From assembly GCA_039715015.1 (NCBI GenBank), contig JBDLIE010000019.1, positions 1 to 50,515 of the forward strand: 50,515 nucleotides of DNA, given 5' to 3'. This document shows positions 10,943 to 20,354 of the stretch, one piece after another; the first letter of the stretch is position 1; every line of letters begins with the position of its first letter. A program made the position numbers and the translations under genes. Source of the stretch: Thermodesulfobacteriota bacterium. GTDB lineage: Bacteria > Desulfobacterota > Desulfobulbia > Desulfobulbales > SURF-16. The notes under the pieces were generated by a model that did no database searches, had not been told where the DNA came from, and was given only the letters and a program-made list of their open reading frames with translations.

Positions 10943-12355
10943 TTAGCGCCCATAGGTATCTTCAAAACGGACAATGTCATCTTCCCCCAGATAACTTCCT
11001 GATTGAACTTCGATAAGCTCAAGAGGAATTTCCCCAGGATTTTCGAGGCTATGTTTTTCGCCAAGGGGGATATAGGTAGATTGATTTTCTGTCAAAGAAA
11101 AAACTTCATCTCCCCGGGTGATCATGGCCGTACCACGGACCACTATCCAATGTTCAGCCCGGTGATGATGCTTTTGCAGGGAGAGCTTGGCGCCCGGCAA
11201 GACAACAATTCGTTTAACCTGGTACTTCTCGGCCATGTCCACACACTCGTATGTACCCCATGGACGATAAACCTGTTTATGGACAGCTATTTCAGAACGG
11301 CGATCATCTTTGAGCCTTTTGACAATATCCTTGACCTGCTGGACCCTATCCATAGGAGCAACAAGGACGGCATCAGGTGTTTCCACCACCACGTGGTTAT
11401 CAAGACCTATAGTGGCCACTAACCTTGAGGATGAGTACAAAAAAGAGTTTGAAGTTTCAGATGTTAAAACATCGCCTTTGGTGACATTGCCGTCCTTATC
11501 CTTTTGGCCAATCTCCCAGAGAGCTGACCAAGACCCAACATCATTCCAACCTGCATCCATAAGAATGACTACAGCAGATGAGGTCTTTTCCATCACCGCA
11601 TAATCAATAGAATCTGCCGGAGACTTTGAAAAGGCCTGGGAGTCCAGCCGGAAAAAATCGAGGTCATCCTGACCATCCTGCCAGGCCTTGCGGCAGGCAG
11701 CGACCATTTCTGGAGAATATTTCTCCAGTTCTTCAAGGTAGCGAGATGCAGAAAACAAGAACATGCCGCTATTCCAAAAATAGTCTCCTGAATCCACGTA
11801 ATGAGAGGCAGCAGGCAGGTCAGGTTTCTCAACAAACCGTTCAACTTGAAAAACTCCAGATCCTTCAGCCTCTAGTTCTTTGCCGGCCTTTATATAGCCA
11901 TAACTTGTTTCTGGATGCGAGGGGACAATTCCAAAGGTGAGCAAATTGCCCTTTTGGGCATATTTTACTGCTGAATTTATAGAATGAATAAGCGCTTCTG
12001 AGTCAGCGATCACATGGTCAGTAGGCAAGACAAGCAAGAGAGGATCTTCACTGTCATGCAGCGCCTGTAACGCAGCAACAGCGAGAGCGGGAGCGGTATT
12101 CTTTCCTTCAGGCTCAAGAATGAGCTTAGCCGGACGGGAAACTTGGCGGAGTTGCTCTGCCACCATAAAACGATGAGCCTCATTACAAACTACAATGGCT
12201 TCCCCACAATCCTCTACAGGGCCGAGACGGCCAATAGTCTCTTGTAACAGTGTGTGTTTCCCTGCCAGAGGTAAAAGCTGTTTCGGATACAACTCTCGTG
12301 ATAATGGCCATAATCTGGTGCCGGAACCACCGGAAAGAATTACTGGTATTAGCAT
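10943..12355 (-). CDS. manC: Mannose-1-phosphate guanylyltransferase / mannose-6-phosphate isomerase
   Basis: PVILSGGSGTRLWPLSR, FVEKP, SIDYAVME; cupin C-terminus RPWG, LSLQKHHHRAEHW. Confidence 0.96.
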   Translation of the reverse strand: MLIPVILSGGSGTRLWPLSRELYPKQLLPLAGKHTLLQETIGRLGPVEDCGEAIVVCNEAHRFMVAEQLRQVSRPAKLILEPEGKNTAPALAVAALQALHDSEDPLLLVLPTDHVIADSEALIHSINSAVKYAQKGNLLTFGIVPSHPETSYGYIKAGKELEAEGSGVFQVERFVEKPDLPAASHYVDSGDYFWNSGMFLFSASRYLEELEKYSPEMVAACRKAWQDGQDDLDFFRLDSQAFSKSPADSIDYAVMEKTSSAVVILMDAGWNDVGSWSALWEIGQKDKDGNVTKGDVLTSETSNSFLYSSSRLVATIGLDNHVVVETPDAVLVAPMDRVQQVKDIVKRLKDDRRSEIAVHKQVYRPWGTYECVDMAEKYQVKRIVVLPGAKLSLQKHHHRAEHWIVVRGTAMITRGDEVFSLTENQSTYIPLGEKHSLENPGEIPLELIEVQSGSYLGEDDIVRFEDTYGR

Positions 12356-12481
12356 ACTTTTTAAATTACCTAGTATAAAAGCAGGTAGTTTTACCCTGAA
12401 AGAAAATCAGCCCCTAAAACTCCAAACAGAGGTTTGCGCAAAACAGCTTGTCTTGTTTAGCAAGATGCATACAAAACAAAC

Positions 12482-14410
12482 ATGAAAAAACAACCCATTG
12501 AAAAGCAGCAGATCGCTCCGGAAATGGTTCTTGATTTCCTTGAGAACACCTTGCCCTTCAAGGAACTTGGGCATGATACTTTACGGGAACTTTCAGGGCA
12601 ATGCATAATCGATTTTTACCCGAAGAATACTCTTATTTTTCAGCAGGACATTACGGATGTTGCATACCTCTATATTGTTCAGCAGGGAGGAGTGCGCAGC
12701 TTCTTGAAGGATGAGGAGGGCGAGGTCACCCTGAAGGATTTTCGGGGCGAAGGGGAACATTTCGGGGCCTTGGCAATTATCCAGGGCACCAAGGCCAATC
12801 TTAACATCGAGACGGTGGAGGATACCTTCTGTTTTCTTTTCCCCAAAGATGCCATTAAGCGACTCCTGCAGTCTGACCCCAAAGCGACACACTACTTCCT
12901 TCGCTCTTTATCGGAAAAGCTGGTTAAAAGCGCTTACAAGGAATTACGGCACCACAAGGTATCGGCCCGTTCAGACAATGCTTTTTATCTCTTCACCACC
13001 CAGGTTGGTGAGATTAAGACAACACCCCAAAAAATTTCAGCGGATCATTCTGTCCAAAATGCCGCTGCAGAAATGGCCAAACTCGGTATCGGCTCCCTCC
13101 TTGTTGAAGAAAACCAGAAGATTGTCGGCATTGTCACCGACAAGGACCTCCGCACCAAGGTAGTTGCCCACGGCATGGATTACAGCACGCCGGTGCGCGA
13201 AATTATGGCGGCTCCGGTACAGACCATCCCAGGCAACTCTTTCTGTTTTGACGCCCTCATCACCATGATGAAAAAAAAGATGCACCATCTGGCTGTGGAG
13301 AGCCAGGGAGTGATCAATGGCATCGTCACCACCCATGACCTCATGGTGGTCCAGGGCACCTCCCCCCTTTATTTATTTAAAGAGATCAGCGGCGTGCGCT
13401 CTGTAGAAGGGCTCTACCCCATGGCTGAAAAGATCCCCTTGGTTGTCCGCAGTCTGATTGAGGACGGGGCCAAGGGCGGCAACATCACCCGCATGATCAC
13501 TATTATTAATGATCATATTGTCGAGAAACTTCTCACCTTGCTTTTGGAAAAACATGGCTCTCCCCCTGTGCCGTTCTGCTGGATGCTGATGGGGAGTGAG
13601 GGACGCCAGGAGCAAACCTTTCTCACTGACCAGGACAACGCCCTCCTCTATGAGGCCAGCGACGATCCAGACATCCAGCAAAAATCAGCAGAATACTTTA
13701 AAACCTTCTCCGAGGACGCCATTGACCAGTTGGAAAAATGTGGTTTCCCTCGTTGTCCCGGCAACATAATGGCCTCTAATCCGGAACTCCGACAAGACAA
13801 TCTCGCCTGGCAGCACACCTTTGACCGTTGGATCCGCATTCCCGACCCCAAAGAGGTCCTTAACTCCACCATTTTTTTTGATTTCCGAGGCGGCTTCGGC
13901 GACAAAAAGCTTGCTGAGGACCTGCGTGACCATTTAGCTAAAGCTATCCCCAAAAACGAGCTTTTCCTCTACCATCTGGCCAACGACTGCCTGAGCGTCC
14001 GCCCCCCCCTCTCTTTCTTTCGTAATTTTATTGTGGAAAAGGACGGAGAGCATAAAAACAGCCTCAACCTCAAGTATAATGGACTCGTACCCTTTGTCGA
14101 TTTTGCCCGGGTGCTGGCCCTCAAAAACGGCATCAAGGAAAGCAATACCCTGGGGCGCTTCCAGCTTCTCAAAGAACAGCAACTCCTTTCTCCGGAATTC
14201 TATGCCGAGATTGTTGATGCCTATGAGTTTATCATGCAGATCCGCCTGGTTCACCAGCTCCACCAAACCGAAAATAACGAGACACCGGACAACTATATTA
14301 ATCCAGCGCGTCTTTCAGATCTTGAAAAACAGACCTTGAAAGAGGCTTTTGAAGTCATTCGCCGTATGCAATCATATATTAAACAAGAGTTTCGGTTGGG
14401 GGAGGTATAG
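12482..14410 (+). CDS. cNMP-binding + CBS pair + DUF294 putative nucleotidyltransferase protein
   Basis: N-terminal cNMP-like domain (GEHFGALA); CBS motif GIVTDKDLR; nucleotidyltransferase motif GSEGRQEQTFLTDQDN; C-terminal IFFDFR and LNLK. Confidence 0.9.
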   Translation: MKKQPIEKQQIAPEMVLDFLENTLPFKELGHDTLRELSGQCIIDFYPKNTLIFQQDITDVAYLYIVQQGGVRSFLKDEEGEVTLKDFRGEGEHFGALAIIQGTKANLNIETVEDTFCFLFPKDAIKRLLQSDPKATHYFLRSLSEKLVKSAYKELRHHKVSARSDNAFYLFTTQVGEIKTTPQKISADHSVQNAAAEMAKLGIGSLLVEENQKIVGIVTDKDLRTKVVAHGMDYSTPVREIMAAPVQTIPGNSFCFDALITMMKKKMHHLAVESQGVINGIVTTHDLMVVQGTSPLYLFKEISGVRSVEGLYPMAEKIPLVVRSLIEDGAKGGNITRMITIINDHIVEKLLTLLLEKHGSPPVPFCWMLMGSEGRQEQTFLTDQDNALLYEASDDPDIQQKSAEYFKTFSEDAIDQLEKCGFPRCPGNIMASNPELRQDNLAWQHTFDRWIRIPDPKEVLNSTIFFDFRGGFGDKKLAEDLRDHLAKAIPKNELFLYHLANDCLSVRPPLSFFRNFIVEKDGEHKNSLNLKYNGLVPFVDFARVLALKNGIKESNTLGRFQLLKEQQLLSPEFYAEIVDAYEFIMQIRLVHQLHQTENNETPDNYINPARLSDLEKQTLKEAFEVIRRMQSYIKQEFRLGEV

Positions 14411-14413
14411 GGT

Positions 14414-14549
14414 CAGAATAAGAGGAGTTAAAGAAGGTAAAGAAATAATGAATGGGGCTTGGAGACAGGCGATAGGCTACGGAATATGAAAAAACACTTC
14501 GGACAATCTTCTTTAACTCCTGTGCCTTCCTTTAACTCCTCTTATTCTG
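14414..14549. repeat. Long inverted repeat built from GAGTTAAAG-type units
   Basis: Perfect 20-bp arms CAGAATAAGAGGAGTTAAAG (14414-14433) and its reverse complement (14530-14549); a related element is at about 20261-20344. Confidence 0.8.
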
Positions 14550-14561
14550 CGTCTTAAAACA

Positions 14562-15278
14562 ATGTTTGATTTTCTAAATTTATTTAAGCCAAGGGCGCCA
14601 AAGCATCCGGCCTTTGCCAAAAACCATGCGTTCTTCACCAATTTTGACCAGCACAAAGCCATTGAGGAGTACAATTATGTTGTGGTTGACACGGAACTCA
14701 CCGGTCTTAGCAGAAGAAGGGATGAAATCGTTTCCATCGGCGCTGTCCATATCAAGAACCTACAAATCATGGCTGGCCAGACTTTTTACACCCTTGTCCA
14801 GCCAGAACATAAGATAGATGCCACTGACTCCACGGTAATCCACCGCATCACCCCCCAGGAGCTTATCGAAGCGCCTAAAATAGATGAAGTTCTCCCCGAC
14901 TTTGTTGAATTCTGCGGCAATGCTCTTTTTGTCGGACATTATGTCGATCTTGACACAGGCTTTCTCAATAAAGAGTGCCGACATTTTTTTAACGCAAAGA
15001 TTGAATCACCGGGCCTGGACACCATCCGTTTGGCCCAGATATACACAGAATTAAACTGGCAGCACCATGATGACCGCTTTAATTGCAATATCTCATACAA
15101 CCTCACTGACTTGAGCAAGCAGCATGGTCTCCCCCTCTTCCCGGCCCACAATGCCTTGCAAGATGCTATGCAGACAGCGTATCTCTTTCTCTTTCTGGTT
15201 AAATCGCTTCAAAAAAACGGCCTGCACACCCTGAAAGATTTTTATACTGCCGGCCAGAACCTTCAGCAGATTTTCTAA
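14562..15278 (+). CDS. DEDDh 3'-5' exonuclease (DnaQ/epsilon-like)
   Basis: Exo I VVVDTELTG, VGHYVDLD and Exo III AHNALQDA motifs. Confidence 0.9.
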   Translation: MFDFLNLFKPRAPKHPAFAKNHAFFTNFDQHKAIEEYNYVVVDTELTGLSRRRDEIVSIGAVHIKNLQIMAGQTFYTLVQPEHKIDATDSTVIHRITPQELIEAPKIDEVLPDFVEFCGNALFVGHYVDLDTGFLNKECRHFFNAKIESPGLDTIRLAQIYTELNWQHHDDRFNCNISYNLTDLSKQHGLPLFPAHNALQDAMQTAYLFLFLVKSLQKNGLHTLKDFYTAGQNLQQIF

Positions 15279-15364
15279 GAAGTCCGTACCTCCCAGCTTT
15301 CACCTCTCAACTATTTTATCCAACTGCTCCTTGTCTCAAAAGTGCGGCTAGCTCTTTTCTTGTG

Positions 15365-15526
15365 ACCATCGAACTTCAGCCATTTTGGCAGCACGATGCC
15401 GCAGGAGCACCCCAAGGGTATTCGAAGTCTTCGCTTATCTCCTGCGGGGCACCCGGGCCTCAGGACGATAAGGTTCGATTTTATGCTCATGCCGGCCCCC
15501 TTAGCGCCACAGGGGTGAACTCCTAG
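15365..15526. repeat. Mosaic of dispersed REP/MITE-like repeat remnants
   Basis: 15365-15382 is identical to 37973-37990; 15422-15445 matches the reverse complement of 50193-50216 at 22/24; 15507-15526 resembles the REP arm near 36388-36408; hairpin CCGCAGGAG...CTCCTGCGG. Confidence 0.75.
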
Positions 15527-15886
15527 AAAGCAAGCAGTTCATATACCCATGTGCCATGGTGATCAATAACTGGCTGCCTGATCATTGCTGGCTTAAAAAC
15601 GACATAAATGACTTTTTTTTTAAGCCCGGATCCATATCCGAAAAAACACCTAAGTATCAATACTGACAACACTTATTATATGAGTAGTTATGCCCGGGCA
15701 ATAATACCTAGGTATTCATACCTATTGTAATTTTACCTAAAAGTCCCTAAAAAATGTTCCAACAATTCGAGGCCACTATTGCGCCCTACAAATTGTTATG
15801 TACATGCAAGGGGTTACCCCATGTGCCACAACCATTTTTTTGAACTTACTGAAAAAAGAGCATAGCTAGAGAAACCACCAGACAAT

Positions 15887-16138
15887 ATGGGCAAAACTCT
15901 CGCACAGTATTGGCGTAAAAACCTCATCCTCATGGTGGTCCTTCTTACTATCTGGGCAGCTGTTTCATATGGCTGCAGCATCCTCTTTGTTGAACAACTC
16001 AACTCTTTTACCATTGCCGGTTTTCCTCTGGGTTTCTGGTTTGCCCAGCAAGGTGCTATATACGTTTTCGTCATTCTCGTCTTTGTCTACTTCTTCGCCA
16101 TGGAGAAGCTTGATAAAAAATTCGATGTTGATGAATGA
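15887..16138 (+). CDS. DUF4212 small membrane subunit of solute:sodium symporter (copy 1)
   Basis: YWRKN, GFPLGFWFAQQGA, two TM helices, upstream of an SSS gene. Confidence 0.9.
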   Translation: MGKTLAQYWRKNLILMVVLLTIWAAVSYGCSILFVEQLNSFTIAGFPLGFWFAQQGAIYVFVILVFVYFFAMEKLDKKFDVDE

Positions 16139-16188
16139 GCTGAGACCACTAACTATTTACTCCTCAAGACAAACTACAAACTGAACAC

Positions 16189-17964
16189 ATGTCGATCCTG
16201 GACTGGACATATATAATGGTTGGAGTCACCTTCAGCCTGTATCTCAGTATTGCCTGGATTTCCATGGTGAAGACCACTAAAGGCTTTTATGTGGCTGGTG
16301 GCGGTGTTGGCCCCATAGCCAACGGCATGGCTACTGCTGCCGACTGGATGAGCGCGGCCTCTTTTATTTCCATGGCAGGCCTCATCTCATTTATGGGATA
16401 CACCGGTTCCATTTATCTGTTGGGTTGGACCGGCGGCTACGTATTGCTTGCTCTCATGCTGGCCCCTTATTTACGTAAATTTGGCAAATTCACCGTTCCT
16501 GATTTTATCGGGGACCGTTACTACTCGAACGAAGCTCGCTTCATCGCTCTTCTCTGTGCCATCTTTGTTTCATTTACCTATGTAGCAGGTCAGATGCGCG
16601 GTGTAGGTATTGTTTTTTCACGCTTTCTTGAAGTTGATGTCAACACCGGCGTTCTGATTGGCATGGCCATTGTCTTCTTCTATGCCTCGTTGGGTGGCAT
16701 GAAGGGTATCACTTACACCCAGGTGGCCCAATATTCCGTACTGATCATCGCCTACCTCTTGCCAGCCTTTGCCATCTCTCAGAAGATAGTTGGCACTCCA
16801 ATCCCCCAGATCGGCTTCGGCGGCACCATTGCCGATGGAACCCATGCCGGTCAATATCTTCTTGAGACCCTTAACCAGCTTAATACAGATCTAGGTTTCG
16901 CCGAATACACCAAACCTTTTGCCGAAGGCGGCAAATCCATGCTGGATGTTTTTTGTATCACTATGGCTCTTATGGTGGGCACCGCCGGCCTTCCCCACGT
17001 CATTGTCCGCTTTTATACTGTAGCCAATGTCCGCAGCGCTCGCCTTTCTGCCGGATTTGCCCTGCTCTTTATCGCAGTTCTTTACACAACAGCTCCGGCC
17101 ATCGCCTCTTTTGCCCGCTACAACATGATCAACTCCATTAGCGGGGCAGAGTACAGCAAGGCCCCTACATGGCTTACAAGTTGGGAAAGAACAGGTCTTA
17201 TCGCCTGGGTTGACAAGAACCATGACGGCATCATCAATTATAGCAAAGGCCAGCCCTTTATCGGCAAACCCAAATTTAACGGCGAGACAGGCTCATACGG
17301 CCAACTCATAGTCGCAAACACCCTGACGGACGACAACAATGAGCTTTATATTGATCGTGACATCATGGTCTTAGCCAACCCTGAAATCGCCAACTTGCCC
17401 AACTGGGTCATTGCCCTGGTTGCCGCCGGTGGCCTGGCCGCAGCTCTATCAACAGCATCCGGCCTCCTGCTTGTTATTTCATCTTCTATCTCACATGACC
17501 TCTACTATCGTCTGATAAACCGTAATGCCTCTGAAAAACAACGCCTTCTCGTGGGCAGGATTATGATCGGTGTTGCCGTGTGTGTTGCTGGTTTTTTTGG
17601 TATTCATCCGCCCGGTTTTGTGGCCCAGGTGGTTGCCTTTGCCTTTGGTCTGGCAGCCTCATCATTTTTCCCGGTGATCGTCCTGGGTATTTTTTCCAAA
17701 AAGACAAACAAGGAAGGGGCCATTGCCGGCATGGTGAGCGGCATCCTCTTTACCATGTTTTATATTATCAATATCAAATTCTTTAATGGCACGGCCTGGT
17801 GTTTCGGCATTTCAGCTGAAGGCATTGGTGCGGTGGGTATGCTTATAAATTTTATTATCACATTAACCATTTCCCGCTTTACCCCTGCCCCTCCTGAGGA
17901 GGTTCAGGACATGGTGGAAAATATCCGCTACCCACGCGGTGCAGGGGCCAGTGTTCATCAGTAG
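16189..17964 (+). CDS. Sodium:solute symporter, ActP-like cation/acetate symporter (copy 1)
   Basis: NGMATAADWMSAASFISMAG, LRKFGKFTVPDFIGDRY, GTAGLPHV, DRDIMVLANPEIA. Confidence 0.9.
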   Translation: MSILDWTYIMVGVTFSLYLSIAWISMVKTTKGFYVAGGGVGPIANGMATAADWMSAASFISMAGLISFMGYTGSIYLLGWTGGYVLLALMLAPYLRKFGKFTVPDFIGDRYYSNEARFIALLCAIFVSFTYVAGQMRGVGIVFSRFLEVDVNTGVLIGMAIVFFYASLGGMKGITYTQVAQYSVLIIAYLLPAFAISQKIVGTPIPQIGFGGTIADGTHAGQYLLETLNQLNTDLGFAEYTKPFAEGGKSMLDVFCITMALMVGTAGLPHVIVRFYTVANVRSARLSAGFALLFIAVLYTTAPAIASFARYNMINSISGAEYSKAPTWLTSWERTGLIAWVDKNHDGIINYSKGQPFIGKPKFNGETGSYGQLIVANTLTDDNNELYIDRDIMVLANPEIANLPNWVIALVAAGGLAAALSTASGLLLVISSSISHDLYYRLINRNASEKQRLLVGRIMIGVAVCVAGFFGIHPPGFVAQVVAFAFGLAASSFFPVIVLGIFSKKTNKEGAIAGMVSGILFTMFYIINIKFFNGTAWCFGISAEGIGAVGMLINFIITLTISRFTPAPPEEVQDMVENIRYPRGAGASVHQ

Positions 17965-18114
17965 ATTGGCCCCTGCAGCCCACTCTCTAAGTATGGACAA
18001 TGAACGTTTAGGTTTTAAGCATACTGACCCTGCTTAGAATTTAGCATAAGCCTTCAGGTACGGGAGAACGTAAACCCTGAGGGCTCCGATAAACCTTAGT
18101 AAGGAGGAAGAAGA

Positions 18115-18372
18115 ATGAGTGAAAACTCAGCAGCAGAATACTGGAAGGCAAACATCCGGCTTGTTATCGGTTGTCTTGTCGTCTGGTTTGTTATCTCATA
18201 CGGATGCGGCATCCTTTTTGCCGACGCCTTGAACGGCATCCGCCTGGGTGGCTATAAGCTTGGTTTCTGGTTTGCTCAGCAAGGTTCTATTTACACCTTT
18301 GTTGCCCTGATTTTTTTCTATGCATCCCGCATGAATAAGCTGGATAAGCAATTCAAAGTTGACGAAGACTAA
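18115..18372 (+). CDS. DUF4212 small membrane subunit of solute:sodium symporter (copy 2)
   Basis: YWKAN, GYKLGFWFAQQGS; strong RBS AAGGAGG. Confidence 0.9.
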   Translation: MSENSAAEYWKANIRLVIGCLVVWFVISYGCGILFADALNGIRLGGYKLGFWFAQQGSIYTFVALIFFYASRMNKLDKQFKVDED

Positions 18373-18382
18373 GGAGTAAATA

Positions 18383-20149
18383 ATGGATCTTAAATTATTA
18401 ACGTATCTCGTAGTAGGGGCGACCTTTGCCCTCTACATTTATATCGCTATTCGTTCCCGGGCGTCCAGTACCAAGGAATTTTACGTCGCTGGCACCGGAG
18501 TTCATCCGGTACTTAACGGTATGGCAACAGGCGCAGACTGGATGTCTGCGGCCTCCTTTATTTCCATGGCCGGCCTCATCGCCTTCAAGGGTTATGATGC
18601 CTCCGTCTACCTGATGGGTTGGACAGGTGGTTACTGCCTGCTTGCCATGCTTCTTGCCCCCTATCTGCGTAAGCACGGCAAATTTACCGTACCCGCTTTT
18701 ATCGGCGACAGGTACTACTCCAATGCAGCCCGCCTGGTTGCGGTTTTCTGTCTCATCGTTGCCTCCTTGACCTACGTTATCGGTCAGATGAAGGGTATCG
18801 GTGTTGCATTTTCCCGTTTCCTCGAACTGCCTTACGCAACTGGTTTGTATATTGGTATGGCCATCGTCTTCGTTTACGCAGTACTCGGCGGCATGAAAGG
18901 TGTTACCAATACCCAGATTGCCCAGTACTGTGTACTCATTTTTGCCTATACTGTTCCGGCTATCTTTATTTCACTGCAGCTCACCGGCAACCCTATCCCT
19001 CAGCTCGGACTGGGTAGCACTATGGCTGACGGCACCTACCTGCTAGACAAACTTGACTTGGTACTGGGGGACCTAGGATTCAAGGCCTATACCATCCAAA
19101 AGGGATCAACAACCAATATGGTATTGCTGACCCTTTCTCTGATGATCGGTACTGCTGGCCTGCCCCATGTTATTACCCGTTTCTTTACCGTACCTAAGGT
19201 TCGCGACGCCCGTTCCTCTGCTGGCTGGGCCCTGGTATTTATCGCCCTCCTGTACACCACTGCCCCTGCGGTTGGTGCCATGGCACGTCTTAACCTGATA
19301 AGCACTGTTCAGACTGGTGAGGTCGGAGCTGCTGACGGTAACCTGAGCTATGAAGAGCGTCCAACCTGGTTCAAAAACTGGGAAAAGACCGGTCTTCTCA
19401 AGTTTGAAGACAAAAACGAAGACGGCAAGATCCAGTACTATGGTGGAGACCTCAACGGTAAAGCCGAGAGTTATGGCTGGAAGGGTAACGAAATGGTGAA
19501 GGTTGACCGTGATATCATGGTTCTCGCCAATCCTGAGATTGCCAAGCTTCCCAACTGGGTTATTGCCCTGGTTGCTGCTGGTGGTATTGCTGCGGCCCTG
19601 TCCACGGCTGCCGGCCTGCTGCTTGCCATCTCTTCCGCCATTTCCCATGACGTTTTAAAGAGTACCTTCATGCCTGACCTGACTGATAAGGCCGAGCTTA
19701 CTGCCGGTCGTATTGCCATGGCCGGTGCTATTTTGGTAGCTGGTTATCTGGGCCTCAATCCTCCAGGATTTGCCGCCCAGGTTGTAGCCCTGGCCTTTGG
19801 TCTGGCTGCATCTTCCATCTTCCCAGCCTTGATGATGGGTATTTTTTCCAAGAAGATCAACAAGGCAGGCGCCATTGCTGGTATGCTTACCGGTATCGGC
19901 TCCACCCTTCTTTACATCTTCTGGTTCAAGGGCTTTCTGTTCATCAAGTCCACTGCCATCTTGGCTGACACTGCAGACAACTGGCTGCTTGGCATCTCAC
20001 CCGGCTCCTTCGGTGCCGTAGGTGCTTTGCTCAACTTCATCGTTGCCTTTGCTGTCTCCAATATGACAGAAGAACCACCTGAAGAAATTCAGGCTATGGT
20101 TGAAAACATCCGTGTTCCCATGGGTGCCGGCGAAGCTGTAGACCATTAA
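18383..20149 (+). CDS. Sodium:solute symporter, ActP-like cation/acetate symporter (copy 2)
   Basis: NGMATGADWMSAASFISMAG, GTAGLPHV, DRDIMVLANPEIA; paralogue of 16189..17964. Confidence 0.9.
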   Translation: MDLKLLTYLVVGATFALYIYIAIRSRASSTKEFYVAGTGVHPVLNGMATGADWMSAASFISMAGLIAFKGYDASVYLMGWTGGYCLLAMLLAPYLRKHGKFTVPAFIGDRYYSNAARLVAVFCLIVASLTYVIGQMKGIGVAFSRFLELPYATGLYIGMAIVFVYAVLGGMKGVTNTQIAQYCVLIFAYTVPAIFISLQLTGNPIPQLGLGSTMADGTYLLDKLDLVLGDLGFKAYTIQKGSTTNMVLLTLSLMIGTAGLPHVITRFFTVPKVRDARSSAGWALVFIALLYTTAPAVGAMARLNLISTVQTGEVGAADGNLSYEERPTWFKNWEKTGLLKFEDKNEDGKIQYYGGDLNGKAESYGWKGNEMVKVDRDIMVLANPEIAKLPNWVIALVAAGGIAAALSTAAGLLLAISSAISHDVLKSTFMPDLTDKAELTAGRIAMAGAILVAGYLGLNPPGFAAQVVALAFGLAASSIFPALMMGIFSKKINKAGAIAGMLTGIGSTLLYIFWFKGFLFIKSTAILADTADNWLLGISPGSFGAVGALLNFIVAFAVSNMTEEPPEEIQAMVENIRVPMGAGEAVDH

Positions 20150-20196
20150 TATTTATGCAATATAGGCTGGGGGCTGAAGCAATTTAGCCCCCTATA

Positions 20197-20235
20197 CAAA
20201 AACGCGCGGGGTTTCTAATCCCGCGCGTTTTTGTT
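20197..20235 (+). terminator. Rho-independent terminator (probably bidirectional) after the symporter genes
   Basis: AAAAACGCGCGGG-loop-CCCGCGCGTTTTT; a second hairpin GGGGGCT...AGCCCCC lies just upstream (20169-20192). Confidence 0.85.
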
Positions 20236-20260
20236 ATTATGGGAAAAATAAAAATAAAAA

Positions 20261-20344
20261 AAGTGAGAGAAGTTAAAGGAGTTATAGAATAATATCCTTC
20301 CTTCACTCCCCTTCTTTACCTCTTTTAACTTCTTTAACTCCTGT
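20261..20344. repeat. GAGTTAAAG / CTTTAACTC tandem-inverted repeat (second copy)
   Basis: The 16-mer CTTCTTTAACTCCTGT (20329-20344) is identical to 14508-14523; GAAGTTAAAGGAGTTA is on the left arm. Confidence 0.65.
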
Positions 20345-20354
20345 CCCCAAAAAA

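Noticed and set aside
15386..15400. TGGCAGCACGATGC as a sigma54 promoter for the symporter genes
   Set aside because: GG-to-GC spacing is 9 nt rather than 10, and it lies in a repeat remnant about 500 bp from the gene.
14414..20344. CRISPR array or composite transposon suggested by the repeated CTTTAACTCC units
   Set aside because: There is no regular repeat-spacer periodicity, no cas gene, no transposase and no evident target-site duplication.
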